From Candidatus Latescibacterota bacterium (lineage in GTDB: Bacteria; Latescibacterota; UBA2968; GCA-2709665), in the NCBI GenBank assembly GCA_965219455.1, contig OZ244744.1:2720001-2784000 (forward strand): 64,000 bases of DNA. Direction: 5' to 3'. Positions 40,155-49,966 of this stretch are shown here, one piece after another. Both the position numbers and the translations under genes were made by a program. The stretch's first letter is position 1. Each line of letters begins with the position of its first letter. The notes beneath the pieces were generated by a model. The model saw nothing but the letters and a program-made list of their open reading frames with translations. It did not search any database and was not told where the DNA came from.

Positions 40155-40868
40155 ATGGGGAAACGACTGTACCTTTGGTCCCGTATCTTCGGCGTCTTGG
40201 CGCTGATTGGCATGCTGGTTGCGCCCTACCTTGCCCTCGTGCACGCAAGCATGGAAAGGCAAATGGGCCTCGCCCAGAAAATCTTCTATTTTCACGTGCC
40301 TTCGGCCTTCTCGATGTACGCCGCCTTTTTCCTCGTTTTCGTCTTCAGCATTCTGTATCTCGTTCGAAGGGAAAAACGGTGGGACATATGGGCTGCGTGC
40401 GCCGCCGAAGTCGGTCTCCTCTTCTGCACGCTCGTGCTTCTCACCGGCCCCATCTGGGCGAAACCCGTCTGGGGCGCCTGGTGGGTGTGGGACGCTCAGT
40501 TGACCCTCACCCTGGTCCTCTGGCTAATTTTTGTCGCGTACATGATGTTGAAGAGTTACAGTGAAGACCCCTTGCAGAGCGCCAGGTTCCGGGCTGTACT
40601 GGGTATCATCGGCTTTCTTGACGCCCCACTCATCCATTACTCCACGCGGCTGTGGCGCACCCAGCATCCCGAGGTCGTACGGGCTGAGAAAATTGGACTC
40701 CCGACAGACATGCTGTTCGCGTTCGTCTTCTGCGCCGCCGTGTTCATTGTGCTCTTCGCCGCCATTCTGGCCAGACGCGTCTCGCTCGAACTTGCCCGGG
40801 ACGAACTCGAATCCCTGAAGGCCGAGGCGCGCGTTACGTCAACGCAGGTTCAGCATATCTCGGGCTGA
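40155..40868 (+). CDS. ccmC: Heme transfer protein
   Basis: IFYFHVP, WAKPVWGAWWVWD, WRTQHP. Confidence 0.93.
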   Translation: MGKRLYLWSRIFGVLALIGMLVAPYLALVHASMERQMGLAQKIFYFHVPSAFSMYAAFFLVFVFSILYLVRREKRWDIWAACAAEVGLLFCTLVLLTGPIWAKPVWGAWWVWDAQLTLTLVLWLIFVAYMMLKSYSEDPLQSARFRAVLGIIGFLDAPLIHYSTRLWRTQHPEVVRAEKIGLPTDMLFAFVFCAAVFIVLFAAILARRVSLELARDELESLKAEARVTSTQVQHISG

Positions 40869-40895
40869 CCTGTCCGGAGCTTCCGGAGGATTGTT

Positions 40896-41066
40896 ATGCA
40901 ACACCTCGGTTACATGGCCGCCGCCTACGCCATTATATGGGCGGCGATACTCATCTATTTCCTGGGCCTCGGCCGTCGCGAACGTGAGATATGGACCGAA
41001 CTCCAGGCACTACGCGAATCCATCGGCAACCGGGAAGCCGAGTCCGATTCGGGCGAACGCCAATAG
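40896..41066 (+). CDS. ccmD: CcmD-family small membrane protein (absent from ORF track)
   Basis: GGAGGA RBS; MQHLGYMAAAYAIIWAAILIYFLGLGRREREIWTELQALRES...* directly after ccmC. Confidence 0.8.
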   Translation: MQHLGYMAAAYAIIWAAILIYFLGLGRREREIWTELQALRESIGNREAESDSGERQ

Positions 41067-41105
41067 ACGGTACGTCGATCCGAAGTCCGTCGTCTCAAAC
41101 TACCT

Positions 41106-41882
41106 ATGCCCGTAAAAAACGCCCGCAAGATCCTTGCGCTAATCAGGAACCGCAAGGCGCGAGACCGCGAAGGTCAATTCGTTATCGAAGGCATTCGCCT
41201 TGTCGAAGAAGCCCTCCTGTCAGACGCTCCGATCGAGCAACTGATCTTCGACCGGGATACCCTCAAGGTCGACAGACGCCTGCAGCAGTTTCGCCGCGAG
41301 GCGACGTTCCGGGATATATCCGTCCAGCAGACAGATCGTCGCGCGATCAGAAATATGGGCGAACACCAGAATCCCGAAGGCGTGCTGGGCGTCGTGCGAT
41401 TTCTTGCGAGAAAACGGGATGAGGCTCTGGACGGGAGCGGACCTCTCCTTCTTTTCGACCGGTTGCGCGACCCCAACAACCTCGGCCTGGTTCTTCGCAC
41501 CGCCGAGGCCGCCGGCGCGGCCGCCATTTTCCTGTCTCCCGGTTCCGTCGAACTCTACAATTCCAAAGTTGTGCGCGCCTCCCGGGGGTCCATTTTTCGC
41601 TTTCCCGTCTTTGGAAACGAAGATCTGCCCACGCTGATCAGGGAACTGCGGCATCGTGATGTCCGCATTCTCTCCACCCAACTTCGGGGCACGCCATTCT
41701 ACAAGGTCAAACAGAAAGGCCGCATCGCCTTTCTGTTCGGCAACGAGACCTTTGGCGTCGACCCGGATCTCCAGAGCCGCGTTCACCAGACCATCTCCAT
41801 ACCCATGGCTGAAGGCACGAATTCTCTCAACGTGGCCGTTGCCGCGGGCATTCTGTTGTTCAAACATAGAGAACCGGCCTGA
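41106..41882 (+). CDS. TrmH/SpoU family RNA methyltransferase
   Basis: DPNNLG..LRTA.A, FGNE.FG, IPM...NSLNVAVA. Confidence 0.92.
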   Translation: MPVKNARKILALIRNRKARDREGQFVIEGIRLVEEALLSDAPIEQLIFDRDTLKVDRRLQQFRREATFRDISVQQTDRRAIRNMGEHQNPEGVLGVVRFLARKRDEALDGSGPLLLFDRLRDPNNLGLVLRTAEAAGAAAIFLSPGSVELYNSKVVRASRGSIFRFPVFGNEDLPTLIRELRHRDVRILSTQLRGTPFYKVKQKGRIAFLFGNETFGVDPDLQSRVHQTISIPMAEGTNSLNVAVAAGILLFKHREPA

Positions 41883-41887
41883 CACCG

Positions 41888-41920
41888 GAAGCGCCCGGCG
41901 GATGTCCCGCCGGGCGCTTC
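41888..41920. terminator. Hairpin between convergent genes
   Basis: 14-bp arms GAAGCGCCCGGCGG / CCGCCGGGCGCTTC. Confidence 0.55.
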
Positions 41921-41970
41921 AACTTCCTGTGCCATTCCCTGTTGAGAAGAAGGGCGATGGGGGCGACGTC

Positions 41971-43305
41971 TTAATATACCGCGGATGTCAAGGACCCCCG
42001 GTTTGACTCGTCACGGTATGCCTCGTACAGATGCGGACGGCGCTGCATCCAGTTCACCTCCCTGAAGCACCCCCCATTCCAGGTCCGAAACCCGTCCGCC
42101 AGATCCACCATTGCCAGAATATGGTCGCAATCTCCCTCGTTCCACGCCAGGATGTCGCCTTTTCTATCCACGACACAGCTGCCCTGCGTCGTATTCCGTG
42201 CAACCACCATACACACCTGATTGTCCATTGCTCGGGTTCGCATGATGGCCTTCCAGCGGTCCTCGCTGAAGATCGGCGATCCCGGACTCCACCTGCTGGC
42301 GCGGTGATCGCCCATGATTGGCAACAGGAGGAAGTCGGCCCCGCTCAATCCCACCATCCGTGAGGATTCCGCGGCCGAGCTGTCCATACAGATATTGCAT
42401 CCGATGCGTCCGATTACCGTATCGAACATTGGAAACCCGTCACCGGGAAGAATCCCGGACTCGCTCTCGCCACCCACGGCCAGATGCACCTTTCGATACC
42501 TGCCATCCACCGCGCCGTCCGGGCCGAACAGCGCCGCCGTATTGTGAACCGCGTCGCCATCTCGCTCAATCAGGCCCAGCAGCAGGTACAGCCCGTGTTG
42601 GCGGGCAAGATCCGCAAACGGCTCCGTTTCCGGGCCTGGCAACGGTACCGCCAGATCGATGGGACTCCCTGAAATCCCCCACTGCAGGGCGATTTCCGGC
42701 AAAACAATCAGGTCCGGCCCCGTTTCACACGCCGCCTCGCACAGCGGCAGATAATAGTCGATATTTTCGGCAACGGCGGTAAAGGGTCCCTTCCGCGATC
42801 CCGCCTTGCCGGTTACCACCGCCACCTTTACCGTAGCGGGCATTTCCGGCGCCTCTACGGCCTTTACCTCGGGCAGATGCCACTCGGACTCACCTGCGGT
42901 TGTCCACCGGAACGTGCAGCGCAACGTCAACCGGCTGGCCCCTTCGGGAGCAGTGAACGTCCGGGAAAACCGGATCGTTCCCGTTCCGACCGGCTCCGGC
43001 AGCAGGTAGTCCCAACCCTGAATTTCACCTGTACGCACCGTCGCGTCGTCCGGAGGCATCTCTCCCCAATAGGATTTGCAACGCAGCGTGTCCCTGGGGT
43101 GTTCCAGAGCCCTGTAGTCCACTTCCCAGGTCGCCCGGAGCGTTCGACCCGGTTCGACCCCCGAGAATACCGCCTGCCACCCACCCACGCACGTCCGCGT
43201 TCCGTTGGCAGCCGCCGCGAACGTATCTCCGCCCCGCTCGGTCAACGGCGCGGCAGAAGGATGCGGTGCCCAGGACTCAATCCTTTCCAGTTTCAGATCG
43301 GCCAT
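41971..43305 (-). CDS. Carbon-nitrogen hydrolase (nitrilase superfamily) with extra N-terminal domain
   Basis: Triad LPE, YRKVHL, NICMD; about 155-aa beta-rich N-terminal extension. Confidence 0.88.
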   Translation of the reverse strand: MADLKLERIESWAPHPSAAPLTERGGDTFAAAANGTRTCVGGWQAVFSGVEPGRTLRATWEVDYRALEHPRDTLRCKSYWGEMPPDDATVRTGEIQGWDYLLPEPVGTGTIRFSRTFTAPEGASRLTLRCTFRWTTAGESEWHLPEVKAVEAPEMPATVKVAVVTGKAGSRKGPFTAVAENIDYYLPLCEAACETGPDLIVLPEIALQWGISGSPIDLAVPLPGPETEPFADLARQHGLYLLLGLIERDGDAVHNTAALFGPDGAVDGRYRKVHLAVGGESESGILPGDGFPMFDTVIGRIGCNICMDSSAAESSRMVGLSGADFLLLPIMGDHRASRWSPGSPIFSEDRWKAIMRTRAMDNQVCMVVARNTTQGSCVVDRKGDILAWNEGDCDHILAMVDLADGFRTWNGGCFREVNWMQRRPHLYEAYRDESNRGSLTSAVY

Positions 43306-43358
43306 TTTTTTCTCCCCACCGGTTAACAGCAGTTCAGTTCCCGATGATTGTGGGCCCC

Positions 43359-44462
43359 CTACCGCTGATCACCGGCTTTCAATACTTCATCCACAAACGC
43401 ATATGCCTGCTCGCGGATATCCGGCGGAAACGCGTGTTCCGCGTCGGGATGTACCGCAAGCAGGCGGTCGGAGGCGCCCAGCAGCGCGTAGACAGGCGCG
43501 GCCGCCCGGACACAGTCTTTCACACCGGATACTTCAAAATTCCCGTCTCGCACGGGGGCGTTGATGAAAAAGCCCCGCGGCGCGAGGGCGGCAACCACCT
43601 CTGTAAAGTCGAACGGCATCTGCTTCGGGTCTTTGCCGTACCGTTCTGAAATAAGGGGCATATAACCCCGATGGCTCCAGCCCGTCAGGTTGCCATTGTA
43701 ATATTTGAAGAATGAATTAAAACCGCAACTGGATACGACGACCTTTAACCGCGGATCGAATGCGGACAGAAACATGGAATTGTGACCGCCCAGGGAATGC
43801 CCGATACTTCCGACCCGCCGGGCGTCCACTTCCGGCAGCGCCTGCAGCAGGTCGACGGCCCGCATGTGGTTCCAGATTCCCTTCATCGTGGCGCTGGCAT
43901 ATCCATTTTTATATGGGTCGAATTCGTACTCTCCAAAATTCACATAGTCCGGTGCCAGCGTTACGTACCCTCTCCGGGCAAGTTCCAGCGCATAGTGCAG
44001 ATCGGGGTTGCCACCGGCTCCCGCGGGTTCTCCCTTGCCGATCTTCGTTGTCTGATGCAAGCACAACATTGCCGGCGTCTTGCCAGTCAAGCCCTTCGGG
44101 ACCAGCAGGTACGCCGGCACGCGATCCCCCGGTTCCGACACGAACGTGATCTTCTTCCGCATCACGTCGCCCAGGTCTTCGGTACCCACCACGTCCATCT
44201 CCAGAGCAGGAAGGTTGGAACGGTCGGGAAGGGGTCCCATCACCATTTCCATATTCGCAAGAATATGCGCCCGCCGATTCTTCCAGTCCTCCGCGTTCGT
44301 TACCGACTGCTCCGTGCCCTCTCCATCCACGTAGACCAGCATCTTCATCTTATCCTCGTCGAACGGCGGCCCCTGCCCGGCGTTCGGGACGCCAACCAAT
44401 ATCACGCCCCCAAAAACGAGCCGGACCGCCCATCGTGAAAACTTCGTCAGAAAAATTGGCAT
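43359..44462 (-). CDS. Alpha/beta hydrolase (dienelactone-hydrolase-like), probably exported
   Basis: GHSLGG elbow, VPAYLLVP, ELARRGYVTLAPD, H.FP. Confidence 0.88.
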   Translation of the reverse strand: MPIFLTKFSRWAVRLVFGGVILVGVPNAGQGPPFDEDKMKMLVYVDGEGTEQSVTNAEDWKNRRAHILANMEMVMGPLPDRSNLPALEMDVVGTEDLGDVMRKKITFVSEPGDRVPAYLLVPKGLTGKTPAMLCLHQTTKIGKGEPAGAGGNPDLHYALELARRGYVTLAPDYVNFGEYEFDPYKNGYASATMKGIWNHMRAVDLLQALPEVDARRVGSIGHSLGGHNSMFLSAFDPRLKVVVSSCGFNSFFKYYNGNLTGWSHRGYMPLISERYGKDPKQMPFDFTEVVAALAPRGFFINAPVRDGNFEVSGVKDCVRAAAPVYALLGASDRLLAVHPDAEHAFPPDIREQAYAFVDEVLKAGDQR

Positions 44463-44530
44463 TGACTATCAGATCCTCCATCCGACTGTTGAAAATCACC
44501 ATGTCCGATTCCGGATTCCCCACGCACGTT

Positions 44531-45310
44531 TCAGCGGGCCGTCCATCCCCCGTCTACAAACAACGACGTTCCCGTCACGTAGGTCGAAGCGTCACTGGCG
44601 AGGAACAGCGCCGCACCTCGAATCTCGCGCAATTCGCCCCAGCGATTGAACGCCGTCTGGCTGAGCAGACTCTTTACCTTGTCGGGTGTCTTCAAAAGCG
44701 GCCTATTGATCTCTGTCAGAAACGGCCCGGGGCAAAGCGCGTTGCACCGCACCCCGAACGGCGCCCATTCCAGCGCGAGCGCCCGCGTCAGTCCGGCGAT
44801 CCCGGCCTTGGACGAACAGTATGCCGAGCGTTCGGCCAGGCCTACGGCGCTCAGCGTCGACCCCACGTTAATCACCGATCCGCTTTTCTGAGACGTCATT
44901 ATCGGTCCCGCGGCCCTGCAGCAGAGCCAGGAACCGGTAAGATTGGTATCGATGACCTGCTTGAATTCATCGACCGGAAAACGACTTATGGGATGCCGGA
45001 TGTTGATTCCCGCGCAGTTGACGAGAACATCCAGCCGCCCAAAGCGATCCGTAACGACTTGCATCAGGCGGGCCACGTCCTCTTCCACCGTCACGTCGAC
45101 GGCCAGCCCCAGGATCTCCCGCCCCGTCTGCGCCGCGATCTCCACCGCAACCGATTCGCAGTCCGCCCCGTTTCTCGAACAGACCACGGTTGCGGCGCCC
45201 GCCTCGGCCAGCGCCAGCGCCATCTCCCTTCCCAGGCCCTTCGATCCTCCGGTAGTCAGGGCCACGCGCCCATCCAGCCGAAAAAGATCAAGCGTTTTTG
45301 GCTCTTCCAT
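44531..45310 (-). CDS. SDR family oxidoreductase
   Basis: TGGSKGLG, NCAG, YCSSK, VDGGWTA. Confidence 0.92.
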   Translation of the reverse strand: MEEPKTLDLFRLDGRVALTTGGSKGLGREMALALAEAGAATVVCSRNGADCESVAVEIAAQTGREILGLAVDVTVEEDVARLMQVVTDRFGRLDVLVNCAGINIRHPISRFPVDEFKQVIDTNLTGSWLCCRAAGPIMTSQKSGSVINVGSTLSAVGLAERSAYCSSKAGIAGLTRALALEWAPFGVRCNALCPGPFLTEINRPLLKTPDKVKSLLSQTAFNRWGELREIRGAALFLASDASTYVTGTSLFVDGGWTAR

Positions 45311-45427
45311 ATCCGCCTCCGCAGCTGGTGTTCTGTCCCGGAAATAGGTCACCATTCGTCCGCCTGTCTGCGTGCAGGTCTTCCGCACGGGCAGGCCGGT
45401 TCATCCCATCTCGCAGCGTTGTTTACA

Positions 45428-45474
45428 CTGAGCCTGTCGAAGTGCTTGCGCTGCCTGTGCTGAGCCTGTCGAAG
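45428..45474. repeat. Two direct copies of CTGAGCCTGTCGAAG (REP-like family)
   Basis: 45428-45442 and 45460-45474; the reverse complement differs from 7433-7447 at one base. Confidence 0.65.
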
Positions 45475-45509
45475 GATGCGAGCCGGGCGGCTCGTCGGTT
45501 CGAAGGCGA

Positions 45510-46631
45510 TCACAGGGATTGCTCCGGCGACAGTTCGCCGAGGACCGACCTCAATATCCCGGCAAACGACCTCCGCTCCGCAGGTGTCCCCACCGTTACC
45601 CTGAAACACCTGTCCAGAGGCGCCGCCGCCGGTTTGCGCACAAATGCGCCGTGTTTTTGCAGTGTCTCCAGAATCGTATTCGCGCGTGCCGCGGTTCCCG
45701 CATCGAATGCCACAAAATTCGTGGCCGAGGGCAACGTGGGCAAGCCGAGACTCTCCCCAAGCCGCGCATAGTCGGACCGTCCTTCAACAACCGAATTCAC
45801 CACGTGCGCCACGAAATCCGAATCTTCAAGCGAGGCCAGCGCCCCCGCCTGTGCGACGCGATTCACGCCATAGTGGTGCCGCACCTTCTCAAGCGCCTCC
45901 ACAACGACTGCGTCTGCAACTGCATATCCGATCCGCGCCCCTGCCATTCCGTGCGCCTTGGAGAACGTGCGCATGCGAATGATACGTGGCTGGATCGGCA
46001 CCATTGGCAGTGGCGGGTCCTGGATGGCGAACTCCGAATACGCTTCGTCCAGAATCAGCAGACACCGCTCCGGAAGTGTTTTTTCAAATGCCCTGATGTT
46101 CGCCGCCGTATGCCACGTGCCCGCCGGGTTGTCCGGATTGGACAGATACACCAACCGCGCTTCGGTCTTTTTGGCCACTCCGGCCAGTCTCTCCAGGTCG
46201 TTTCGGTCGTCCCGGTAAGGCACGAAATGCAAGAGGCCGCCGAACCCCTTTACGTGGTAGTTGAATGTCGGATAAGCCCCCAGAGACGTCACGACCGTCT
46301 CGCCAGGCTCCACAAAAACCCGCACGACAAGCCCCAGCAGGTCGTCGATTCCGCTGCCCACGCTGACATTTTCAAACGGAACTCCGTGAAATCCGGCAAT
46401 TGCGGCGCGAATTTCGTAATTTTCCGGATCGTTGTACCAGCTCACCCGCTCGACCGCCCGGAACATCGCCTCACGCGCCCGCGGGGAAGTACCAAACGCG
46501 CTTTCGTTGGCCCCGACCCTCATCCTGAAAACCTCTCCGCGTCGACGCTCCAGCGCTTCAGGCCCTACGAAGGGCACGGTTACGGGCAAACCGCGCACAA
46601 TTCGGGTAAGTGGAAACCCGCCATCCATCAT
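45510..46631 (-). CDS. PLP-dependent aminotransferase class I/II (HisC-like)
   Basis: GANE, NPDNPAG, DEAY, RTFSKAHGMAGARIGY. Confidence 0.9.
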   Translation of the reverse strand: MMDGGFPLTRIVRGLPVTVPFVGPEALERRRGEVFRMRVGANESAFGTSPRAREAMFRAVERVSWYNDPENYEIRAAIAGFHGVPFENVSVGSGIDDLLGLVVRVFVEPGETVVTSLGAYPTFNYHVKGFGGLLHFVPYRDDRNDLERLAGVAKKTEARLVYLSNPDNPAGTWHTAANIRAFEKTLPERCLLILDEAYSEFAIQDPPLPMVPIQPRIIRMRTFSKAHGMAGARIGYAVADAVVVEALEKVRHHYGVNRVAQAGALASLEDSDFVAHVVNSVVEGRSDYARLGESLGLPTLPSATNFVAFDAGTAARANTILETLQKHGAFVRKPAAAPLDRCFRVTVGTPAERRSFAGILRSVLGELSPEQSL

Positions 46632-46667
46632 CCGGTCTCCGTTGCCAGAAAGTCTCCGTCGTACCGC

Positions 46668-47165
46668 TCAAAACTCGATACGGAAACGCATGCGGAATTC
46701 CATTCCTTCCTCGCCGGGTTCGATTTGTACTTCCCCCCAGTCAACCTGGTCCAGGTGCGCATCCACATACGCGTCGCCCATACTGAATAGGATAAGGCCA
46801 ATGGTGGTATACAGAAAGATATTTCGTTCCGGGGATGCATCGACCGATGGGCGCTGATTCAACTGTCCCCGGCGAACAAAAAACGCCACCGTGGAACTCA
46901 CCTGCGCGGTGGCGATCAAGCTTCCCTTTAAGGGGCGGCGGTTATAAAACTGCCCCCATCCCGGCAGCGCCAGCGACCGCAACATGGCCCCCCGCGCGGA
47001 CCGGGCCTCGCTCACACTGTCCACCGCGGTCGAATCCGGACCTTCGGCGGCAGCTGGAACGACCCATGCGAAAATTGCCATTCCCGCCACGAACGCCAGA
47101 ATCTTTGCGGAAGAACTTCCACAATCCGGCTTCGGGGGTTTCCGGTTCCAGGCCTCGCGCTTCAC
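46668..47165 (-). CDS. DUF5683-like membrane/exported protein
   Basis: AMLRSLALPGWGQFYN..P.KG, DAYVDAHL. Confidence 0.75.
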   Translation of the reverse strand: MKREAWNRKPPKPDCGSSSAKILAFVAGMAIFAWVVPAAAEGPDSTAVDSVSEARSARGAMLRSLALPGWGQFYNRRPLKGSLIATAQVSSTVAFFVRRGQLNQRPSVDASPERNIFLYTTIGLILFSMGDAYVDAHLDQVDWGEVQIEPGEEGMEFRMRFRIEF

Positions 47166-47168
47166 GAT

Positions 47169-48107
47169 TCATGCTCCACTCGCCAATCTTGCCGCGCCCA
47201 GAATCCCCGCGTCGTCTCCCAGCTTACCCGCCACGATTTGCACGCTCTCCTTCACGCCGACCGTACCGCGCTCCTGAAAGGTCCTTCTGACAGGCTCAAA
47301 CAGCCGTTCTCCGGCGCGCGCGAGCCCACCGCACAACGCCACCACTTCCACGTTCGTCACACTCACAAGACTCACGAGCCCTATTCCCAGCAACTTGCCC
47401 GTCTCTTCAAACATGGCGCGGGCAAACCCGTCACCCGCCTCCGCTGCCTCGAAAATCGCCTGTGTGGTCAGGCCGTCTGCGACCAGCACGGTATCCGGCG
47501 TTTCCGTTTCAAGTCGCTCACGGGCCCGTCTCACCATCGCCGTCGCGGAAACGTAGAGCTCCAGGCAGCCATAATTTCCGCAAGGACAACGGGGTCCGTT
47601 CCAATTGATCGTTATGTGGCCCACCTCCGCCGCATTGCCGTTGAACCCGTGCATCAATTCGCCGTTGCACACCCAGCCACCGCCAACTCCGGTGCCCAGC
47701 GTCACACACAAAAAATGAGGCGCCTTCCTGCCGGCGCCCTGCCACTGCTCGCCAAAAGCCGCGAGATTTGCATCGTTGTCCACGACCACCGGCATTTCGA
47801 GCGCCGTCTCCAACCGGTCTCTCAGACGTACCCCGTGCATGCACGGCATGTTCTCGGGAGAAATGATAACGCCATTAAACGGATCCAACGGACCCGGGGC
47901 CCCAACGCCCACGCCGCGCACTTCCAGTCCGCCCGCCTGGAGCAGCACCTGCCGGACGCACCTCGCGATACCTGCAATCACACGATCACTGCCCAGGTCG
48001 GGCCGGGTGGGACATCGGAAACGCGCCACGATTTTGCCCGTGTCCGTCACCAGACCCGCGCGGGTGTTGGTTCCGCCCAGGTCGACGCCGACGGTCAGTG
48101 CGTTCAC
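47169..48107 (-). CDS. ROK family sugar kinase (glucokinase-like)
   Basis: GVDLGGT, NDAN.AA.GE, TLGTGVGGG, EVGH, CPCGNYGCLE. Confidence 0.92.
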   Translation of the reverse strand: MNALTVGVDLGGTNTRAGLVTDTGKIVARFRCPTRPDLGSDRVIAGIARCVRQVLLQAGGLEVRGVGVGAPGPLDPFNGVIISPENMPCMHGVRLRDRLETALEMPVVVDNDANLAAFGEQWQGAGRKAPHFLCVTLGTGVGGGWVCNGELMHGFNGNAAEVGHITINWNGPRCPCGNYGCLELYVSATAMVRRARERLETETPDTVLVADGLTTQAIFEAAEAGDGFARAMFEETGKLLGIGLVSLVSVTNVEVVALCGGLARAGERLFEPVRRTFQERGTVGVKESVQIVAGKLGDDAGILGAARLASGA

Positions 48108-48745
48108 ATCTCTGCCCGCGCCTGTTTCACGGCGTCCACAAACGCCCGGGCGGTCGCCGTCAACGTGGCCCAATCCCTGTCTGCCACCGCCCGTTTATCC
48201 ACCATCGCGCTTCCGGCCCCCACGGCGCACGCACCCGCCTTGATAAATTCCGGGGTCGTCCTGGCGTCGACCCCGCCTGTCGGCATCAACCGCACCTGGG
48301 GCAGCGGACCCTTCACATCTTTAAAATAGGACGGGCCGCCGACACCCGCAGGGAACACCTTCACCACGTCGGCCCCGGCCTGCCATGCGGCAAGAATCTC
48401 CGTAGGCGTGAACCCCGCCGGCATCACCACCTTTCCGTAACGCCTGGCCATCGTGATGACATCCAGGTTCAACGTGGGCCCGACCACGTACTCCGCGCCT
48501 GCCAGGATGGCAGCGCGCGCCGTCTCCGGGTCCAGGACGGATCCGACACCCACAATCGTATCTTCCATTTTCGCCGACGCTTCCTCAATGACCTTGAGCG
48601 CCCCGGGAACCGTCATCGTTACTTCAATGGCAACCACGCCGCCTTCCCGCAACGCTTTGGATACATCCATCAGTTCCGCGGGCGAATCCGCCCTCAGCAC
48701 CGCCACCACACCACAGTCTATAATTCGATCCAGCACACCGGCCAT
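48104..48745 (-). CDS. eda: KDPG/KHG aldolase
   Basis: IEVT, GVGSVLD, TPTEI, VKVFPA, MPTGGV. Confidence 0.92.
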   Translation of the reverse strand: MAGVLDRIIDCGVVAVLRADSPAELMDVSKALREGGVVAIEVTMTVPGALKVIEEASAKMEDTIVGVGSVLDPETARAAILAGAEYVVGPTLNLDVITMARRYGKVVMPAGFTPTEILAAWQAGADVVKVFPAGVGGPSYFKDVKGPLPQVRLMPTGGVDARTTPEFIKAGACAVGAGSAMVDKRAVADRDWATLTATARAFVDAVKQARAEM

Positions 48746-48775
48746 GGGATACTCTCCTCTGTCTGTCCGATCGAC

Positions 48776-49819
48776 CTACCGCCTGATTCTGGCTGCCGCG
48801 CCCTTCATGGCGGATTCCGCCTCCGCCCGGGTCGCCCAGTTTACGTCGCCCGGGAAGGTATGGGCAAGCGCTGAATACGCGCCGGCGAAATCCACCGCCG
48901 CCTGGGGACCCGCCCCCTCGATCAATCCGGCAATCAGACCGGCTGAGAAACTATCGCCCCCACCCACGCGGTCGACCATCTCCAGATCCTCGTAGATTCG
49001 AGACAGGTAGAACGCGTCACCGTCGAACAAAAGGGTACGCCAGTCGTTCAGCAGTCCGGTCTTCGCAACCCTCAGCGTTGTGCCCACGTAGTCCACGTTG
49101 GGATACCGTTCGACCGCCCGCCGCGCCACGTCCTTGTAGTTATCGGGATCCAGGCGACTGTAGTCATCCTTCGATCCCTCCGCCTTCAACCCCAGCACCT
49201 TCTCAAAGTCCTCCTCGTTGCCAATCAGTACTTTGACCAGCGGAATAATCCTGCTGGTGGTTTCCTGGGCTTTTTCGGAACTCCACAGCTTCGACCGGAA
49301 GTTCAAGTCATAGCTCGTGGTTACCCCCGCTTCGCCGGCGGCCGCCAGGGCTTCCAGCGTCGTATCCGCGGCACTGTCCGAAAGCGCCGGCGTGATGCCG
49401 CTGACGTGAAACCATTTCGCGCCATCAAAATTGGACCTCCAGTCCACCATGCCCGGTTCGATTTTAGAAATCGCCGAATGCGCCCGGTCGTAGGTCACCG
49501 CGCTGGCCCGGGGCCCGACGCCCAGTTCGACATGGTAAAATCCATTCCGTTCGATACCGACACCATCAAAATCCACCCAGTGTATATTGGACATGTCCAC
49601 GCCGTGTTCTCGACCCCTGTTCCGGATGATCCATCCCGTCCAATTGTCCACCAACCGGGATACCCACGCCGCGTTCAGCCCCAAATGAGCGCATGCTACC
49701 GCCACGTTGTATTCGCCTCCGCCTACCTCAACATCCAAACGGGTGGAATTCTCCATCCGGCGGTATCCCGGCGACGACAACCGGATCATCGCCTCCCCGA
49801 AGGTTACCACGTCGTACAT
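48776..49819 (-). CDS. kdgK: 2-keto-3-deoxygluconate kinase (PfkB family)
   Basis: FGEAMIRL, GGGEYNVA, HVSGITPA, DLNFR, DRVGGGDSF; adjacent to eda. Confidence 0.85.
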   Translation of the reverse strand: MYDVVTFGEAMIRLSSPGYRRMENSTRLDVEVGGGEYNVAVACAHLGLNAAWVSRLVDNWTGWIIRNRGREHGVDMSNIHWVDFDGVGIERNGFYHVELGVGPRASAVTYDRAHSAISKIEPGMVDWRSNFDGAKWFHVSGITPALSDSAADTTLEALAAAGEAGVTTSYDLNFRSKLWSSEKAQETTSRIIPLVKVLIGNEEDFEKVLGLKAEGSKDDYSRLDPDNYKDVARRAVERYPNVDYVGTTLRVAKTGLLNDWRTLLFDGDAFYLSRIYEDLEMVDRVGGGDSFSAGLIAGLIEGAGPQAAVDFAGAYSALAHTFPGDVNWATRAEAESAMKGAAARIRR

Positions 49820-49966
49820 TGCTTCCCTCCTTAGAAGCTGTTTTAAAATTCCCAGCGGTCTTCCCGCCTTGACCGCCGCTTTTTCGCTCGCGCTCGGGAA
49901 CTCACCGGTAATTTAAAAACAGCTTCCTAAAAAAACCACGGCTTTGAGGGTACCAGGGCGGGGTTC

